DNA of 64,000 nucleotides from IMG/VR virus record IMGVR_UViG_3300045988_126262, one strand, 5' to 3'. Origin of the DNA: a virus. A model generated the notes under the pieces. It made no database searches and had not been told where the DNA came from. It saw only the letters and a list, made by a program, of their open reading frames with translations. Below are positions 17,269-26,428 of this stretch, piece after piece. The stretch's first letter is position 1, and each line of letters begins with the position of its first letter. The position numbers were made by a program, and so were the translations under genes.

Positions 17269-17559
17269 ATGAAAACATTTGATTTTTATCAGGACCGCAA
17301 AGTAACATGTTGGGAGCGTACTCAGTTTTCTATCGAAGCAGAAAGTTATAAAGAAGCGTTAGAAATAATAAAATCATGGGAAGGTGAAGATGTACTTTGT
17401 TTTGAAGATGACAAGCAGATAATGGTTACAGACGGAGAAACTTTATATGAAACATCAGAGGCTATTTCTCCTATTGATAACGGAGGTAGACCAACTATAG
17501 AAGTATTTGATAGTACAGGTAACAAAATTACTGATAATGTCATGAAAACACGATTATGA
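17269..17559 (+). CDS. Hypothetical acidic protein (96 aa)
   Basis: Start context TAAGAGCAATG; preceded by a GAAA-tetraloop hairpin spacer. Confidence 0.55.
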   Translation: MKTFDFYQDRKVTCWERTQFSIEAESYKEALEIIKSWEGEDVLCFEDDKQIMVTDGETLYETSEAISPIDNGGRPTIEVFDSTGNKITDNVMKTRL

Positions 17560-17852
17560 AAGTATATAACTCTAATGGTATATTGGTAGCAGAAGGCTAC
17601 TTGGTGTCCAATCCTAATTTTGTCCCCAAAGGTGAATACAAAGAAACAGAATTGGACAGATACAAACGTAGTGTTGATTTTCGGATAACGAACTGTGGTA
17701 ACAGGTATGAAATCATCTTCAATAAGCCTGTTGTTCTCAAAGAGACACGCTCTATCAAGCGCATAAGCAGCAAAAACAGTTACGCATACCTTGTTACAGA
17801 AAAAGCCTTAGAAAGCCTGAAAAAGCAATATACTCACGCTTGCGATTTCTAA
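17556..17852 (+). CDS. Hypothetical protein (98 aa)
   Basis: ATGA overlap with the upstream gene. Confidence 0.55.
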   Translation: MKVYNSNGILVAEGYLVSNPNFVPKGEYKETELDRYKRSVDFRITNCGNRYEIIFNKPVVLKETRSIKRISSKNSYAYLVTEKALESLKKQYTHACDF

Positions 17853-17897
17853 TCTTATTATCATAAAAAGTTTATTTACAAATTAAATTATCATACA

Positions 17898-18659
17898 ATG
17901 GACAAACAAATAGCATCTGTTTATGAAACATACGACTACGATAAGTTTCATATCATGGAAAAAGGGAATAGGGAAATTGACCATTACAAGAAGATTGCAA
18001 CTCAAATGAATGAGCAATTCCTATTTACAGTTATTATTGTGAATGAAAAATTTGAAATAATAGATGGGCAAAACCGTTTTCTTGCATCAAAGGAACTACA
18101 TAAACCTATAAGATACATCATAGTAGAAGGATACGGCGTTGAGCAGGTGCGTATGTATAATATGGAAGCTCGGAATTGGCAAAAAAAAGACTTTGTTAAA
18201 TCCTATGCAGATGAAGGTAAAAGAGAGTATGTGAAGATAATGGAGTTTCAAAAAAGGTATCCAGATTTCCCAATCTCTATATGCGAATTTTTCTTGCGAA
18301 TGTCTTTGACTTGTGATTATGATAAAAAGAGACACCTAAACCATAGTGCCATACGAAGAGGTCTTTTTGTTATAAAAGATTTTGAAACCTCATGCAAACT
18401 AGCAGATATGGTAATGGCTTATAAACCCTTTTGTGAAAACCAGAGTTCACCAATATACAGGAGAAGGGAGTTTGTAGCAGCTATTATAAAGCTATATCGA
18501 TGTGAAGACTTTGACAATGAGCTCGTATTAAAGAAAATAAAACTCAATCCCCGTGCTTTCACTCCATGTGTAAATTCCGATGATTATATCAGAATGATCG
18601 AAGATATAGTGAATTTCAGAAGTAGGAATAAGGTGAGATTTAATGTATATTCAAAATAG
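17898..18659 (+). CDS. ParB-like nuclease / DGQxR-motif (DUF262/DndB-like) domain protein
   Basis: EIIDGQNRFLASKEL motif characteristic of the ParB/Srx-fold (DGQHR-type) families. Confidence 0.6.
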   Translation: MDKQIASVYETYDYDKFHIMEKGNREIDHYKKIATQMNEQFLFTVIIVNEKFEIIDGQNRFLASKELHKPIRYIIVEGYGVEQVRMYNMEARNWQKKDFVKSYADEGKREYVKIMEFQKRYPDFPISICEFFLRMSLTCDYDKKRHLNHSAIRRGLFVIKDFETSCKLADMVMAYKPFCENQSSPIYRRREFVAAIIKLYRCEDFDNELVLKKIKLNPRAFTPCVNSDDYIRMIEDIVNFRSRNKVRFNVYSK

Positions 18660-18667
18660 CAATAAAG

Positions 18668-18772
18668 GCAGTAAATATCGCTGATTCTCTCACAGTAGAG
18701 TTTAAGAAATATATTTATATATTTCATTTCTTAAATCTTGCTACCTGAAAGGAGTGTCAGCGATATTACTGT
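18668..18772 (+). other. Long compound hairpin (about 105 nt)
   Basis: Outer arms GCAGTAAATATCGCTGA (18668-18684) / TCAGCGATATTACTG (18757-18771) with one bulge. Inner perfect 10-bp stem TTTAAGAAAT (18701-18710) / ATTTCTTAAA (18726-18735). Confidence 0.5.
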
Positions 18773-18855
18773 ATCTGTATCAAATTTGCCGCTCAACGGA
18801 GAATGCAGGAAAACACTAAAACTGGCGAATATAGTAGATTAAACAAATTTAGTCT

Positions 18856-18892
18856 TAAAAGTATATGAAATTCATTCACTTTTACTATTTTT
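18856..18892 (+). promoter_or_regulatory. Late-type promoter P1: 27-bp palindrome + -7 box
   Basis: AAAAGTATATGAAATTCATTCACTTTT (18856-18882), then TATTTTTG (18885-18892). Confidence 0.6.
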
Positions 18893-18913
18893 GAAAAAAA
18901 ATCGTATGAAGTA

Positions 18914-19696
18914 ATGCGAAACATGCCTATGGACGAAATTAAAATTTTTGAGAATGAGCAATTCGGAAAAGTAAGAATTGCAATGAGTGAGAGTAACGAG
19001 CCATTGTTTTGCTTGGCAGATGTGTGCAGTATTATAGGCATTACTAACGCAAGAAATGTCAGGTCAAGACTTGAAGAAGATGATGTCCGCCAAATGGACA
19101 CCATAGATTCGTTAGGTAGAAATCAACAAGTTACATTTATAACAGAAAGCGGTTTATATGATGTGATAATTCGTAGTGACAGCGAAAAAGCAAAGCCGTT
19201 TCGCAAATGGGTGACAAGTGAAGTTCTCCCTTCTATCCGAAAACATGGCGTATACCTGACAAACGAAACACTTGAAAAGGCTCTTTTATCTCCAGATTAT
19301 TTAATTAAACTTGCTACCCAAATTAAAGAAGAACGCCAAAAGCGCATTGAAGCGGAAAAAAAAGTAGCTGAAGCCGCACCGTCAGTTGCATTTACGAATG
19401 CGGTTCAATCTTCTAATACTTCTTGCTTGATTGGAGAACTTGCTAAATTAATTGCTCAGAACGGTTATCCAATCGGAGAAAAGCGGTTATTCGCATGGCT
19501 GCGTGAAAACGGATATCTTGGGAAACATGGTGAACGGTACAATATCCCCAATCAGCAATATATTGAACAAGGATTATTTGAGTTGAAAAAAGGAGTACGG
19601 TCTGGTAATGGTGGCGTATTACATACCACTATAACACCGAAAATAACCGGAAAAGGACAAGTATATTTTGTAAACAAATTCCTTAGAAATCAATAA
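18914..19696 (+). CDS. Antirepressor-like protein (Bro-N + KilAC/ANT domains)
   Basis: N-terminus FENEQFGKVRIAMSESNEPLFCLADVC.. (Bro-N pattern). C-terminus ..CLIGELAKLIAQNGYPIGEKRLFAWLRENGYL (KilAC pattern). Confidence 0.75.
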   Translation: MRNMPMDEIKIFENEQFGKVRIAMSESNEPLFCLADVCSIIGITNARNVRSRLEEDDVRQMDTIDSLGRNQQVTFITESGLYDVIIRSDSEKAKPFRKWVTSEVLPSIRKHGVYLTNETLEKALLSPDYLIKLATQIKEERQKRIEAEKKVAEAAPSVAFTNAVQSSNTSCLIGELAKLIAQNGYPIGEKRLFAWLRENGYLGKHGERYNIPNQQYIEQGLFELKKGVRSGNGGVLHTTITPKITGKGQVYFVNKFLRNQ

Positions 19697-19737
19697 TAAA
19701 TACACAGTGTGAAGATGCACTGCACAATTATACAATC

Positions 19738-21144
19738 ATGGACGAAATAACCGCTATATTAAACAGTGCCCGACCCGTTGATAATATTATCAATGACTTA
19801 AAAAGAAAATCCGTTTGTGTTCCTTCATGGGAATTTCTTATTAAAGCGTATGAACCATCATTCCATGAAATAGCCAAAGATACTATAACACGAAAAGATA
19901 AAATACGCAAAGACGGGACAAAAGAAGAAGCATCACGCATTTACATTGGCCTTGAAAAGCTGCTTACAAAGCGTATGACTGAGTTCATGTTTGCCATTCC
20001 TGTAAAACGTATCTACCACAACACAGAAGGATTTGAAGTCCGCCAACAGATAGCAAAGGCTATAGAGGCAATTTACAAGTATGCCCGAATCGATACAGAA
20101 AATATTAAACGTGCAAATGCGTATTTCGCCTCATGCGAAATTTTCACAATTTGGTACGTAGTAGAAAAGACCAATACATTATATGGTTTTAATAGTAAGT
20201 ATAAGCTAAAATGCAAAACATACTCGCCAATGGAGGGAGTAAAACTATATCCATTGATCGACGAGCTTGACGATATGCTTGCAATGTCCTTTGAATACAC
20301 CAAAAGGGTAAAGGACGAAGTAATTACTTATTTTGAGACATACACATCGGACAAACATTATAAATGGAAACAAAATGGTAAAGGTTGGGAACCTGTCGGA
20401 ACTGTTGAACAAATACGATTAATGAAAATACCCGGTGCATACGCATTTAGACCTGTACCTATATACCACGGATTAACTCGTATTCGCAAAGAATTGGAAT
20501 ATACACTTTCTCGTAACTCCGACGTGATTGCCTATAATTCAGCACCAATTTTGAAAATAGCCGGTGGTATAAAAGGTGGAGAAGATAAAGGAGAAAGCCG
20601 TAGAGTTTACCGTGTGGAATATAATGGAGACGTATCGTATGTATCATGGTCGCAATCTATCGAAGCATTGAAGTATCATGTGGAAACCCTGCTTAAACTC
20701 TATTGGATGCAATCGCAGATGCCGGACGTTTCTTTTGACAACATGAAGTCTTTGGGGAACATAGGTTACGATGCCAGACAAATGCTTTTGACCGACGCAC
20801 ACTTAAAGGTTGGAGACGAAAGCGGCTCATGGATTGAGCTTTTCGAACGTGAGGCAAGTGTCATCAAAGAATTTTTAAAGCACATGAACACATCATGGGA
20901 AAGCGAAATTGATAATATAGAGATTGAACATATCATTACCCCCTTCATACAACAAGATGAAGATGCCACAGCAGATCGCTTATTGAAACTTAATGGCGGA
21001 AAACCAGTCATGTCTCAGCTTGAATCTATCCAACAGGCAGGTTATAGCAATGACGCGCAGGCTACATTGGAACAGATACGGCAAGAGGAGACTATCACTT
21101 CACAAAGCAGGGTCGACAATATATTTGGAGAGTCAGCAATTTAA
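19738..21144 (+). CDS. Portal protein (SPP1 gp6-like)
   Basis: 468 aa, immediately upstream of the MuF-like gene (conserved portal-MuF synteny); N-terminal region resembles SPP1-type portals from memory. Confidence 0.6.
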   Translation: MDEITAILNSARPVDNIINDLKRKSVCVPSWEFLIKAYEPSFHEIAKDTITRKDKIRKDGTKEEASRIYIGLEKLLTKRMTEFMFAIPVKRIYHNTEGFEVRQQIAKAIEAIYKYARIDTENIKRANAYFASCEIFTIWYVVEKTNTLYGFNSKYKLKCKTYSPMEGVKLYPLIDELDDMLAMSFEYTKRVKDEVITYFETYTSDKHYKWKQNGKGWEPVGTVEQIRLMKIPGAYAFRPVPIYHGLTRIRKELEYTLSRNSDVIAYNSAPILKIAGGIKGGEDKGESRRVYRVEYNGDVSYVSWSQSIEALKYHVETLLKLYWMQSQMPDVSFDNMKSLGNIGYDARQMLLTDAHLKVGDESGSWIELFEREASVIKEFLKHMNTSWESEIDNIEIEHIITPFIQQDEDATADRLLKLNGGKPVMSQLESIQQAGYSNDAQATLEQIRQEETITSQSRVDNIFGESAI

Positions 21145-21247
21145 TTAGATAATTATGGGAAATATCAGTTTTCAAGATAAAGGTGGCGTGGGTATATTGC
21201 TTATGCCGCTGGCTTAAAATATATCTTAAAGCTATAAAACGGCATGT

Positions 21248-23884
21248 ATGGCAAAGCCGAAAACTCCAAATCAGAAACGCAAGTACGGCGAGCTGAATAA
21301 ACGGCTCGCCAAATACGTCATGCTTGTGGAATCCATATACGAGGATTTGAATTTAGAGGCGGCTAAAATAGTCGGAATCACCGATTTTACCATTGATAGT
21401 GATAGGCCGTTTATGTGGTCGGATTATCCCCAAACAAGAAAACGGATAAGAGACTTACAAGAAAGGTTCGTTGAGGACATCGGAGCTGTAATATATAGTG
21501 GCACTTCTGAAGAATGGAAAAACAGCAACGAAGTTCAAGATCTTCTTGCCAACAAAGTATTGCAAACTTATGGCGCAACCATAGGAAAGGAGAAATACGA
21601 AATCCTATACCAGCCCAATAATGATGCATTGAAAGCGTTTCAGCAACGTAAGGATAAAGGATTTACTATATCAGATAAGTTGTGGAATCAATCGACTCTG
21701 TATAAGCAAGAACTTGAAGAAGCCATATCATGTGCCATTCAAAAAGGTACGAGTGCAATTACATTAAGTAAGCAAATATCCAAATATCTGCTCGATTTCC
21801 CACAACTACAAAAAGATTACAAGGAAAGGTTCGGAAAAGCATCACGGGCAATGGATTGTGAGTATCGTTCTATCCGTTTGGCTGCTTCCGAAATCAATAT
21901 GGCATACCGCCAAGCTGAAAACCTTCGCTGGCAGCAGATGGACTTCGTGGTGGGATATGAAATCAAGTTGAGCAACAACCATACTTGCAACGGAAAGCCT
22001 TTCCAAGACATTTGCGATATACTAGCCGGGAAGTACCCGAAAGACTTCCAATGGACCGGTTGGCATCCCCTTTGTTATTCAGATGATAGCGAAGTTCTGA
22101 CGAATAGAGGTTGGAAGTTATTCAAAGACGTTTTAGATGATGATTTGATATTATCGTTAAATCCAAATACACGTAATATAGAATGGGTTGAATTTATCGA
22201 TAGACAATGTTTCTCATATTATGGAGAAATGATACATTTCTACAATCGCTCTCTTGATTGTCTCGTAACCCCAGAACACAATATGGTGTATTTGAATAAG
22301 AATGACGGAAAAATTAAGAATTGCCAAGCGAAAGAATACACGAAAGGTAAAGGCAGATTTTATAGAGGTTGCGAGTATGAATCAGGCGATGTCGAATTTT
22401 ACCAAATTGATGATTTGATAATCCAATTTGATTTGTTCTGCGAATTTATGGGGTATTGGCTTTCTGACGGTAGTACAATGAGCAATTCGGGCGTCGTAAT
22501 ATCCCAGCAAGAGGGAGAAACGGCAAGAGATAAAATAGTTGATTGTATCAATCGTATGGGATTTGAACCACATCTTGAAAAACAAAAGGTCGTATTTTAT
22601 AACACTACCATACGCAACTATTTGAAGATTTTTGGACGGTGTATAAACAAATTTGTCCCGTATGTTATAAAGAATGCTTCAAAGAGGCAGATAAGGATTT
22701 TTCTTGATGCCTTTGTCCTTTGCGACGGTTATAAGCGTCCTTGCAGATCATTCATAGGGAATCACGGTAATGAATTCAAGTCAGATAAAGATGAAATCAT
22801 ATACTTCACCACATCTGAACGCATGGCAGGAGACTTATCCGAACTAATACTGAAATCAGGACATAGGCCTTCTTTTTCTATAAATAAAGCAGGAGTATCA
22901 CACAAAGCGAATGGTCCAATTATAAAGTCAAACTATGATTGTTACTCTATACGTGAATGCTATTCTGTCACGTCTTCGGTATTTAATAAAGAGATACAGC
23001 ATTATGATGGTCTTGTCTATGATTTGACACTGGAACGCAACCATATCATGTATATCCGCAGGAACGGAAAATGCTTTTGGGGTAGCAATTGTCGCTGTTA
23101 CAAGATACCCATTCTAAAAACCGAAGAAGAATTTTGGGAATGGGACGGTCGGAGTGAAGCCACGACAGCAAGCGTGAACGAAGTTAAAGACGTACCGGAC
23201 GCTTTCAAAAAGTGGGTATTAGATAATCAAGAGCGCATCAGCACAGCAAAAAAACGTAATACTTTACCATACTTTTTGCGTGATAATAAATCCGTTTATC
23301 AGAAAATAACAGTTGAAAGTTCCATTTCGGAAATTGTAAAACGAGCATCATCAGTGGGAGATGAAGTACAGTCCATAGCAGAACGGATCGCAATAAAAAA
23401 TGGTGGTTATGTTACGCCTATTAATTTCAAGAGTACAACTTCTATCACAAGAAAAGTCATCACAGAAGGTATAACTCCATACGATATTAAAGATGCTGTA
23501 AGAACAACCATAATCGTTCCGAAGTCCCGAATAGAAGATGTGTTAGAAGAACTGTACAAAACGGAAGGCTTTTTACGCCTTAAAAGGCAAAAACCAGAAT
23601 CATTCATGGGATATAGTGGAAACATCGTAAACATAAGAACCACAAATGGTCTTACTGCGGAAATACAGGTTAATACGGAACGTATGATTTTTGCAAAAGA
23701 AAGGCCGGAAGATGCGAAACGTATTCTTGGAAAAAAACGTTGGGAAGAAATACATAATGAGACAGGAATGGAAGGTGGTCTCGGACATAAATATTATGAG
23801 CAATGGCGCATACTCGATAAATCAAGTAATGAAGCACTAAAAATAGTAGAAAAATCTATTGAATATTATAGTCATTTCCGATAA
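21248..23884 (+). CDS. MuF/SPP1 gp7-like head morphogenesis protein with an inserted intein and a C-terminal RelA/SpoT-like (toxSAS-like) domain
   Basis: The extein junction restores GWHPL|CRCYKIP (the MuF HPxCRC motif). C-terminal motifs FKSTTSITRKV, DAVRTTIIV, GYSGNIVNI and AEIQVNT parallel RSH synthetase motifs RxKxxxSxxxK, DxxGxRVI, GYxSxH and EIQIRT. Confidence 0.7.
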   Translation: MAKPKTPNQKRKYGELNKRLAKYVMLVESIYEDLNLEAAKIVGITDFTIDSDRPFMWSDYPQTRKRIRDLQERFVEDIGAVIYSGTSEEWKNSNEVQDLLANKVLQTYGATIGKEKYEILYQPNNDALKAFQQRKDKGFTISDKLWNQSTLYKQELEEAISCAIQKGTSAITLSKQISKYLLDFPQLQKDYKERFGKASRAMDCEYRSIRLAASEINMAYRQAENLRWQQMDFVVGYEIKLSNNHTCNGKPFQDICDILAGKYPKDFQWTGWHPLCYSDDSEVLTNRGWKLFKDVLDDDLILSLNPNTRNIEWVEFIDRQCFSYYGEMIHFYNRSLDCLVTPEHNMVYLNKNDGKIKNCQAKEYTKGKGRFYRGCEYESGDVEFYQIDDLIIQFDLFCEFMGYWLSDGSTMSNSGVVISQQEGETARDKIVDCINRMGFEPHLEKQKVVFYNTTIRNYLKIFGRCINKFVPYVIKNASKRQIRIFLDAFVLCDGYKRPCRSFIGNHGNEFKSDKDEIIYFTTSERMAGDLSELILKSGHRPSFSINKAGVSHKANGPIIKSNYDCYSIRECYSVTSSVFNKEIQHYDGLVYDLTLERNHIMYIRRNGKCFWGSNCRCYKIPILKTEEEFWEWDGRSEATTASVNEVKDVPDAFKKWVLDNQERISTAKKRNTLPYFLRDNKSVYQKITVESSISEIVKRASSVGDEVQSIAERIAIKNGGYVTPINFKSTTSITRKVITEGITPYDIKDAVRTTIIVPKSRIEDVLEELYKTEGFLRLKRQKPESFMGYSGNIVNIRTTNGLTAEIQVNTERMIFAKERPEDAKRILGKKRWEEIHNETGMEGGLGHKYYEQWRILDKSSNEALKIVEKSIEYYSHFR
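22073..23089 (+). mobile_element. Intein (339 aa) with LAGLIDADG homing-endonuclease domain
   Basis: Starts CYSDDSEVLTNRGW and ends ..KCFWGSN with +1 Cys. LAGLIDADG-like blocks MGYWLSDGS and FLDAFVLCDGY. Inserted in the conserved HPxCRC motif. Confidence 0.75.
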
Positions 23885-23908
23885 AAATAATTATCTTTAC
23901 ATATAAAT

Positions 23909-24139
23909 ATGAACCCAAATATCCTACAAAAAAAATTACAAGCGGGTGAAGAAGTCTATATTTTAGACGATTTTGAAGAATCTGCAATACGTCTTGTTCT
24001 TGAAAATGGAAAGACAAATGCTTTCATTAAGCACAAAGGAAGACGCAATGAAAAGGAAATATCACAGTCAAATGAAACCGTTTGCGAGATAATATTAGGA
24101 GGTATAGAAATACCCAAATCAGAATATGACATGTACTAA
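23909..24139 (+). CDS. Hypothetical protein (76 aa), candidate immunity factor for the MuF C-terminal domain
   Basis: Immediately downstream of the toxin-like domain; overlaps the SAH gene by 14 nt. Confidence 0.5.
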   Translation: MNPNILQKKLQAGEEVYILDDFEESAIRLVLENGKTNAFIKHKGRRNEKEISQSNETVCEIILGGIEIPKSEYDMY

Positions 24140-24563
24140 AAATTCACTATTAGAAAAAGCCCTTCAAATCGCCGTCAAAGCCCATAGCGGACAAACCGAT
24201 AAAGCTGGAGCAGCCTACATCTTCCACCCTATCCGTGTGGCAAACCGATGCAAAACAGATGAGGAGCGCATAGTAGCTTTATTGCATGACACGATAGAAG
24301 ATACCGAAGTTACTGCTGAATATTTACTAATGGAAGGCTTTCCTCATAATATTGTGGATGCTATACTTTCTGTCACTCGTAACGATGATGAGATCTATGA
24401 CGATTTCATAAAACGGTGTAGATTGAATCCTATTGGAAGACAAGTAAAGCTGCACGACTTGGAGGACAATTTGGACGTAACCCGTTTACCTCAAATAATA
24501 GAGGAAGACTTACCGAGATTGAACAAGTATCTTAAAGCGTATAAGTTTTTGCTGTCATTGTAG
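24126..24563 (+). CDS. HD-domain small alarmone hydrolase (SpoT/Mesh1-like SAH)
   Basis: ALQIAVKAHSGQTDKAGAAYIFHPIRVA and VALLHDTIEDT (HD..ED hydrolase signature). Confidence 0.8.
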   Translation: MTCTKNSLLEKALQIAVKAHSGQTDKAGAAYIFHPIRVANRCKTDEERIVALLHDTIEDTEVTAEYLLMEGFPHNIVDAILSVTRNDDEIYDDFIKRCRLNPIGRQVKLHDLEDNLDVTRLPQIIEEDLPRLNKYLKAYKFLLSL

Positions 24564-24573
24564 AGAAACGGTC

Positions 24574-24903
24574 ATGAAGCAAATCAAGCTATCAAAACAG
24601 GAGAAGCAAGTGTTGCGTTTAATCAGCAGCGGGATTGTCTGCCCAAACACTTATCCGCACCATATATTCATTTCGTGCGTAGACTCGCTGGAAAGATTAG
24701 GTCTTGTCAAAGGTCTATGGAACGAGGGGCATGAACTTGAAGATGTCCGCATAACGAAATATGGAAAAATTTATCTTGCCACCAATCCTAACTTACGCAA
24801 TCCCATAGACTGGAAATGGATTATAACTACCATCATCGCAGTAGCAAGTGCCATATTCGGCGCTATGGCCTTGTTTGTGGCTTGCTCGATAAAATACGGA
24901 TAA
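24574..24903 (+). CDS. Membrane-anchored hypothetical protein (109 aa)
   Basis: C-terminal TM WIITTIIAVASAIFGAMALFVAC; N-terminal part possibly winged-helix-like. Confidence 0.55.
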   Translation: MKQIKLSKQEKQVLRLISSGIVCPNTYPHHIFISCVDSLERLGLVKGLWNEGHELEDVRITKYGKIYLATNPNLRNPIDWKWIITTIIAVASAIFGAMALFVACSIKYG

Positions 24904-24982
24904 TTCCTTTGATTTAAAGAATTGATGTTTGTACAACTCTAATTTGGCATTTGTTTACACACGTCTATTTTGAGGCATATAA

Positions 24983-25019
24983 AAAGCGGTGAGATTAATT
25001 TTTCATCGCTTTCTTTTTA
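24983..25019 (+). terminator. Putative intrinsic terminator
   Basis: Stem AAAGCGGTGA / TCATCGCTTT (one G-U pair) with a 10-nt loop, followed by a T-rich run CTTTTTAC. Confidence 0.5.
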
Positions 25020-25153
25020 CGTTTTCTGTTACAACTTTTGTGGTGCACTTCATTATTTGTGAAGATATGGGGATTTTACTTTAAACTGAATTTCGCCTTA
25101 CGATTCACTGCCTTAGGAAATCGTATAATAGCCCTCAAAGGTTAATAATATTG

Positions 25154-25202
25154 AATTATGTATGAAATTCATACATTTTCAAGATTCCATGCTCTAATTT
25201 TG
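25154..25202 (+). promoter_or_regulatory. Late-type promoter P2 (divergent palindrome copy)
   Basis: AATTATGTATGAAATTCATACATTTTC (25154-25180; 22/27 match to consensus); TAATTTTG box at 25195-25202. Confidence 0.45.
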
Positions 25203-25213
25203 TGCCCAATAAT

Positions 25214-25463
25214 TAGCATTACCTCGTAAAATTCAATACTTTTGTAATGCTACAAGTTGATGAACTTAATCATCTCGCAGGGCAAGCGGTTAATTTGCTC
25301 AATAGAAAGTTGGGCTTTTTTTATGCCTATACTTTTATATATTGGCGGCCTCCTATACGTAAGTAAAGATTAGCCTTTCGAGGTGAAGTCCATTAACTTG
25401 TAGCAGCGTATATGGCGGCCGCTTTTTGCTGCCTATCATACAACTTAATGCTACAAGTTTATG
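25214..25463 (+). promoter_or_regulatory. Structured 5' leader with three copies of TGCTACAAGTT / AACTTGTAGCA
   Basis: TGCTACAAGTT at 25248-25258 and 25449-25459; reverse complement at 25395-25405. An additional 9-bp hairpin TAGCATTAC (25214-25222) / GTAATGCTA (25244-25252). Confidence 0.5.
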
Positions 25464-26285
25464 GCAGCCCAAATTCAAGTCCTAAAACAAACAGAATTGC
25501 TTGGACACCAATTCACAGTTTACGGAACAGCAGAAAATCCCATGTTCCTTGCAAGAGAGATTGCAGAATGCATCGATTACGACAAAACAAGCCTTAACAA
25601 ATTGGTTGCATCTGTAGATGATGATGAAAAGGGTCGGAACATTATTCCGACCCCCGGTGGAAACCAACAAGTTTGGTTCCTAACCGAAGGTGGTTTATAC
25701 GAAGTCCTTATGCAAAGCCGCAAGCCAATAGCCAAACAATTCAAGAAAGGGGTCAAACAAATCCTTCACGAAGTACGTACCACAGGCGGCTACATCTCCA
25801 CCAAGCAAGAAGACACACCAGAAGAAATCATGGCACGTGCGCTAACCATTGCACAAGCCACTCTTGCCAAAAGAGAAGAACGATTAAAACAGCTCGAAGC
25901 TGAAAATGCCCAGAAACAAATTATCATCGAGAGAAAAGACGAGGAAATATCCATAAAGGACGATACTATAAAGGTCCTCGCCCCCAAAGGTAAATGTTAC
26001 GATGAAATCATGTCGAGTGAAGGACTTGTGACGACAAACATGATAGCGGCATTCTTAGGTGTATCGGCTATAAAACTGAACAAACTACTCTGTGAATGGG
26101 GAGTTCAATACAGACAATCTTCTGTTTACTTCCTCACGGCCAAATACCGCAGTAAAGGATTTACCAAACATGTCCCCTACCCTTATATGGATAACGGAGT
26201 ACAGAAATCAAGAGAACATATGTATTGGACCGAATCAGGCAGAAAGTTTGTCATTGAATTGTTCAATACCAAACTCTCGGCATAA
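25461..26285 (+). CDS. Second antirepressor-like protein (Bro-N + coiled coil + KilAC)
   Basis: LGHQFTVYGTAENPMFLAREIAECIDY (Bro-N pattern); C-terminus LVTTNMIAAFLGVSAIKLNKLLCEWGVQY (KilAC pattern). Confidence 0.7.
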   Translation: MAAQIQVLKQTELLGHQFTVYGTAENPMFLAREIAECIDYDKTSLNKLVASVDDDEKGRNIIPTPGGNQQVWFLTEGGLYEVLMQSRKPIAKQFKKGVKQILHEVRTTGGYISTKQEDTPEEIMARALTIAQATLAKREERLKQLEAENAQKQIIIERKDEEISIKDDTIKVLAPKGKCYDEIMSSEGLVTTNMIAAFLGVSAIKLNKLLCEWGVQYRQSSVYFLTAKYRSKGFTKHVPYPYMDNGVQKSREHMYWTESGRKFVIELFNTKLSA

Positions 26286-26428
26286 TATCAGCTATAACCA
26301 TAAAGTTATTATAAATCCAAAGGGGCGGTTTATCCGCTCCGGGGTTACCCTACCCTAATAGGGTGCTTTTATATGTTTGTTAAATTATAGACGGGGCAGC
26401 CGCTTGTGAAAGTAAGCTATCCCACCGG

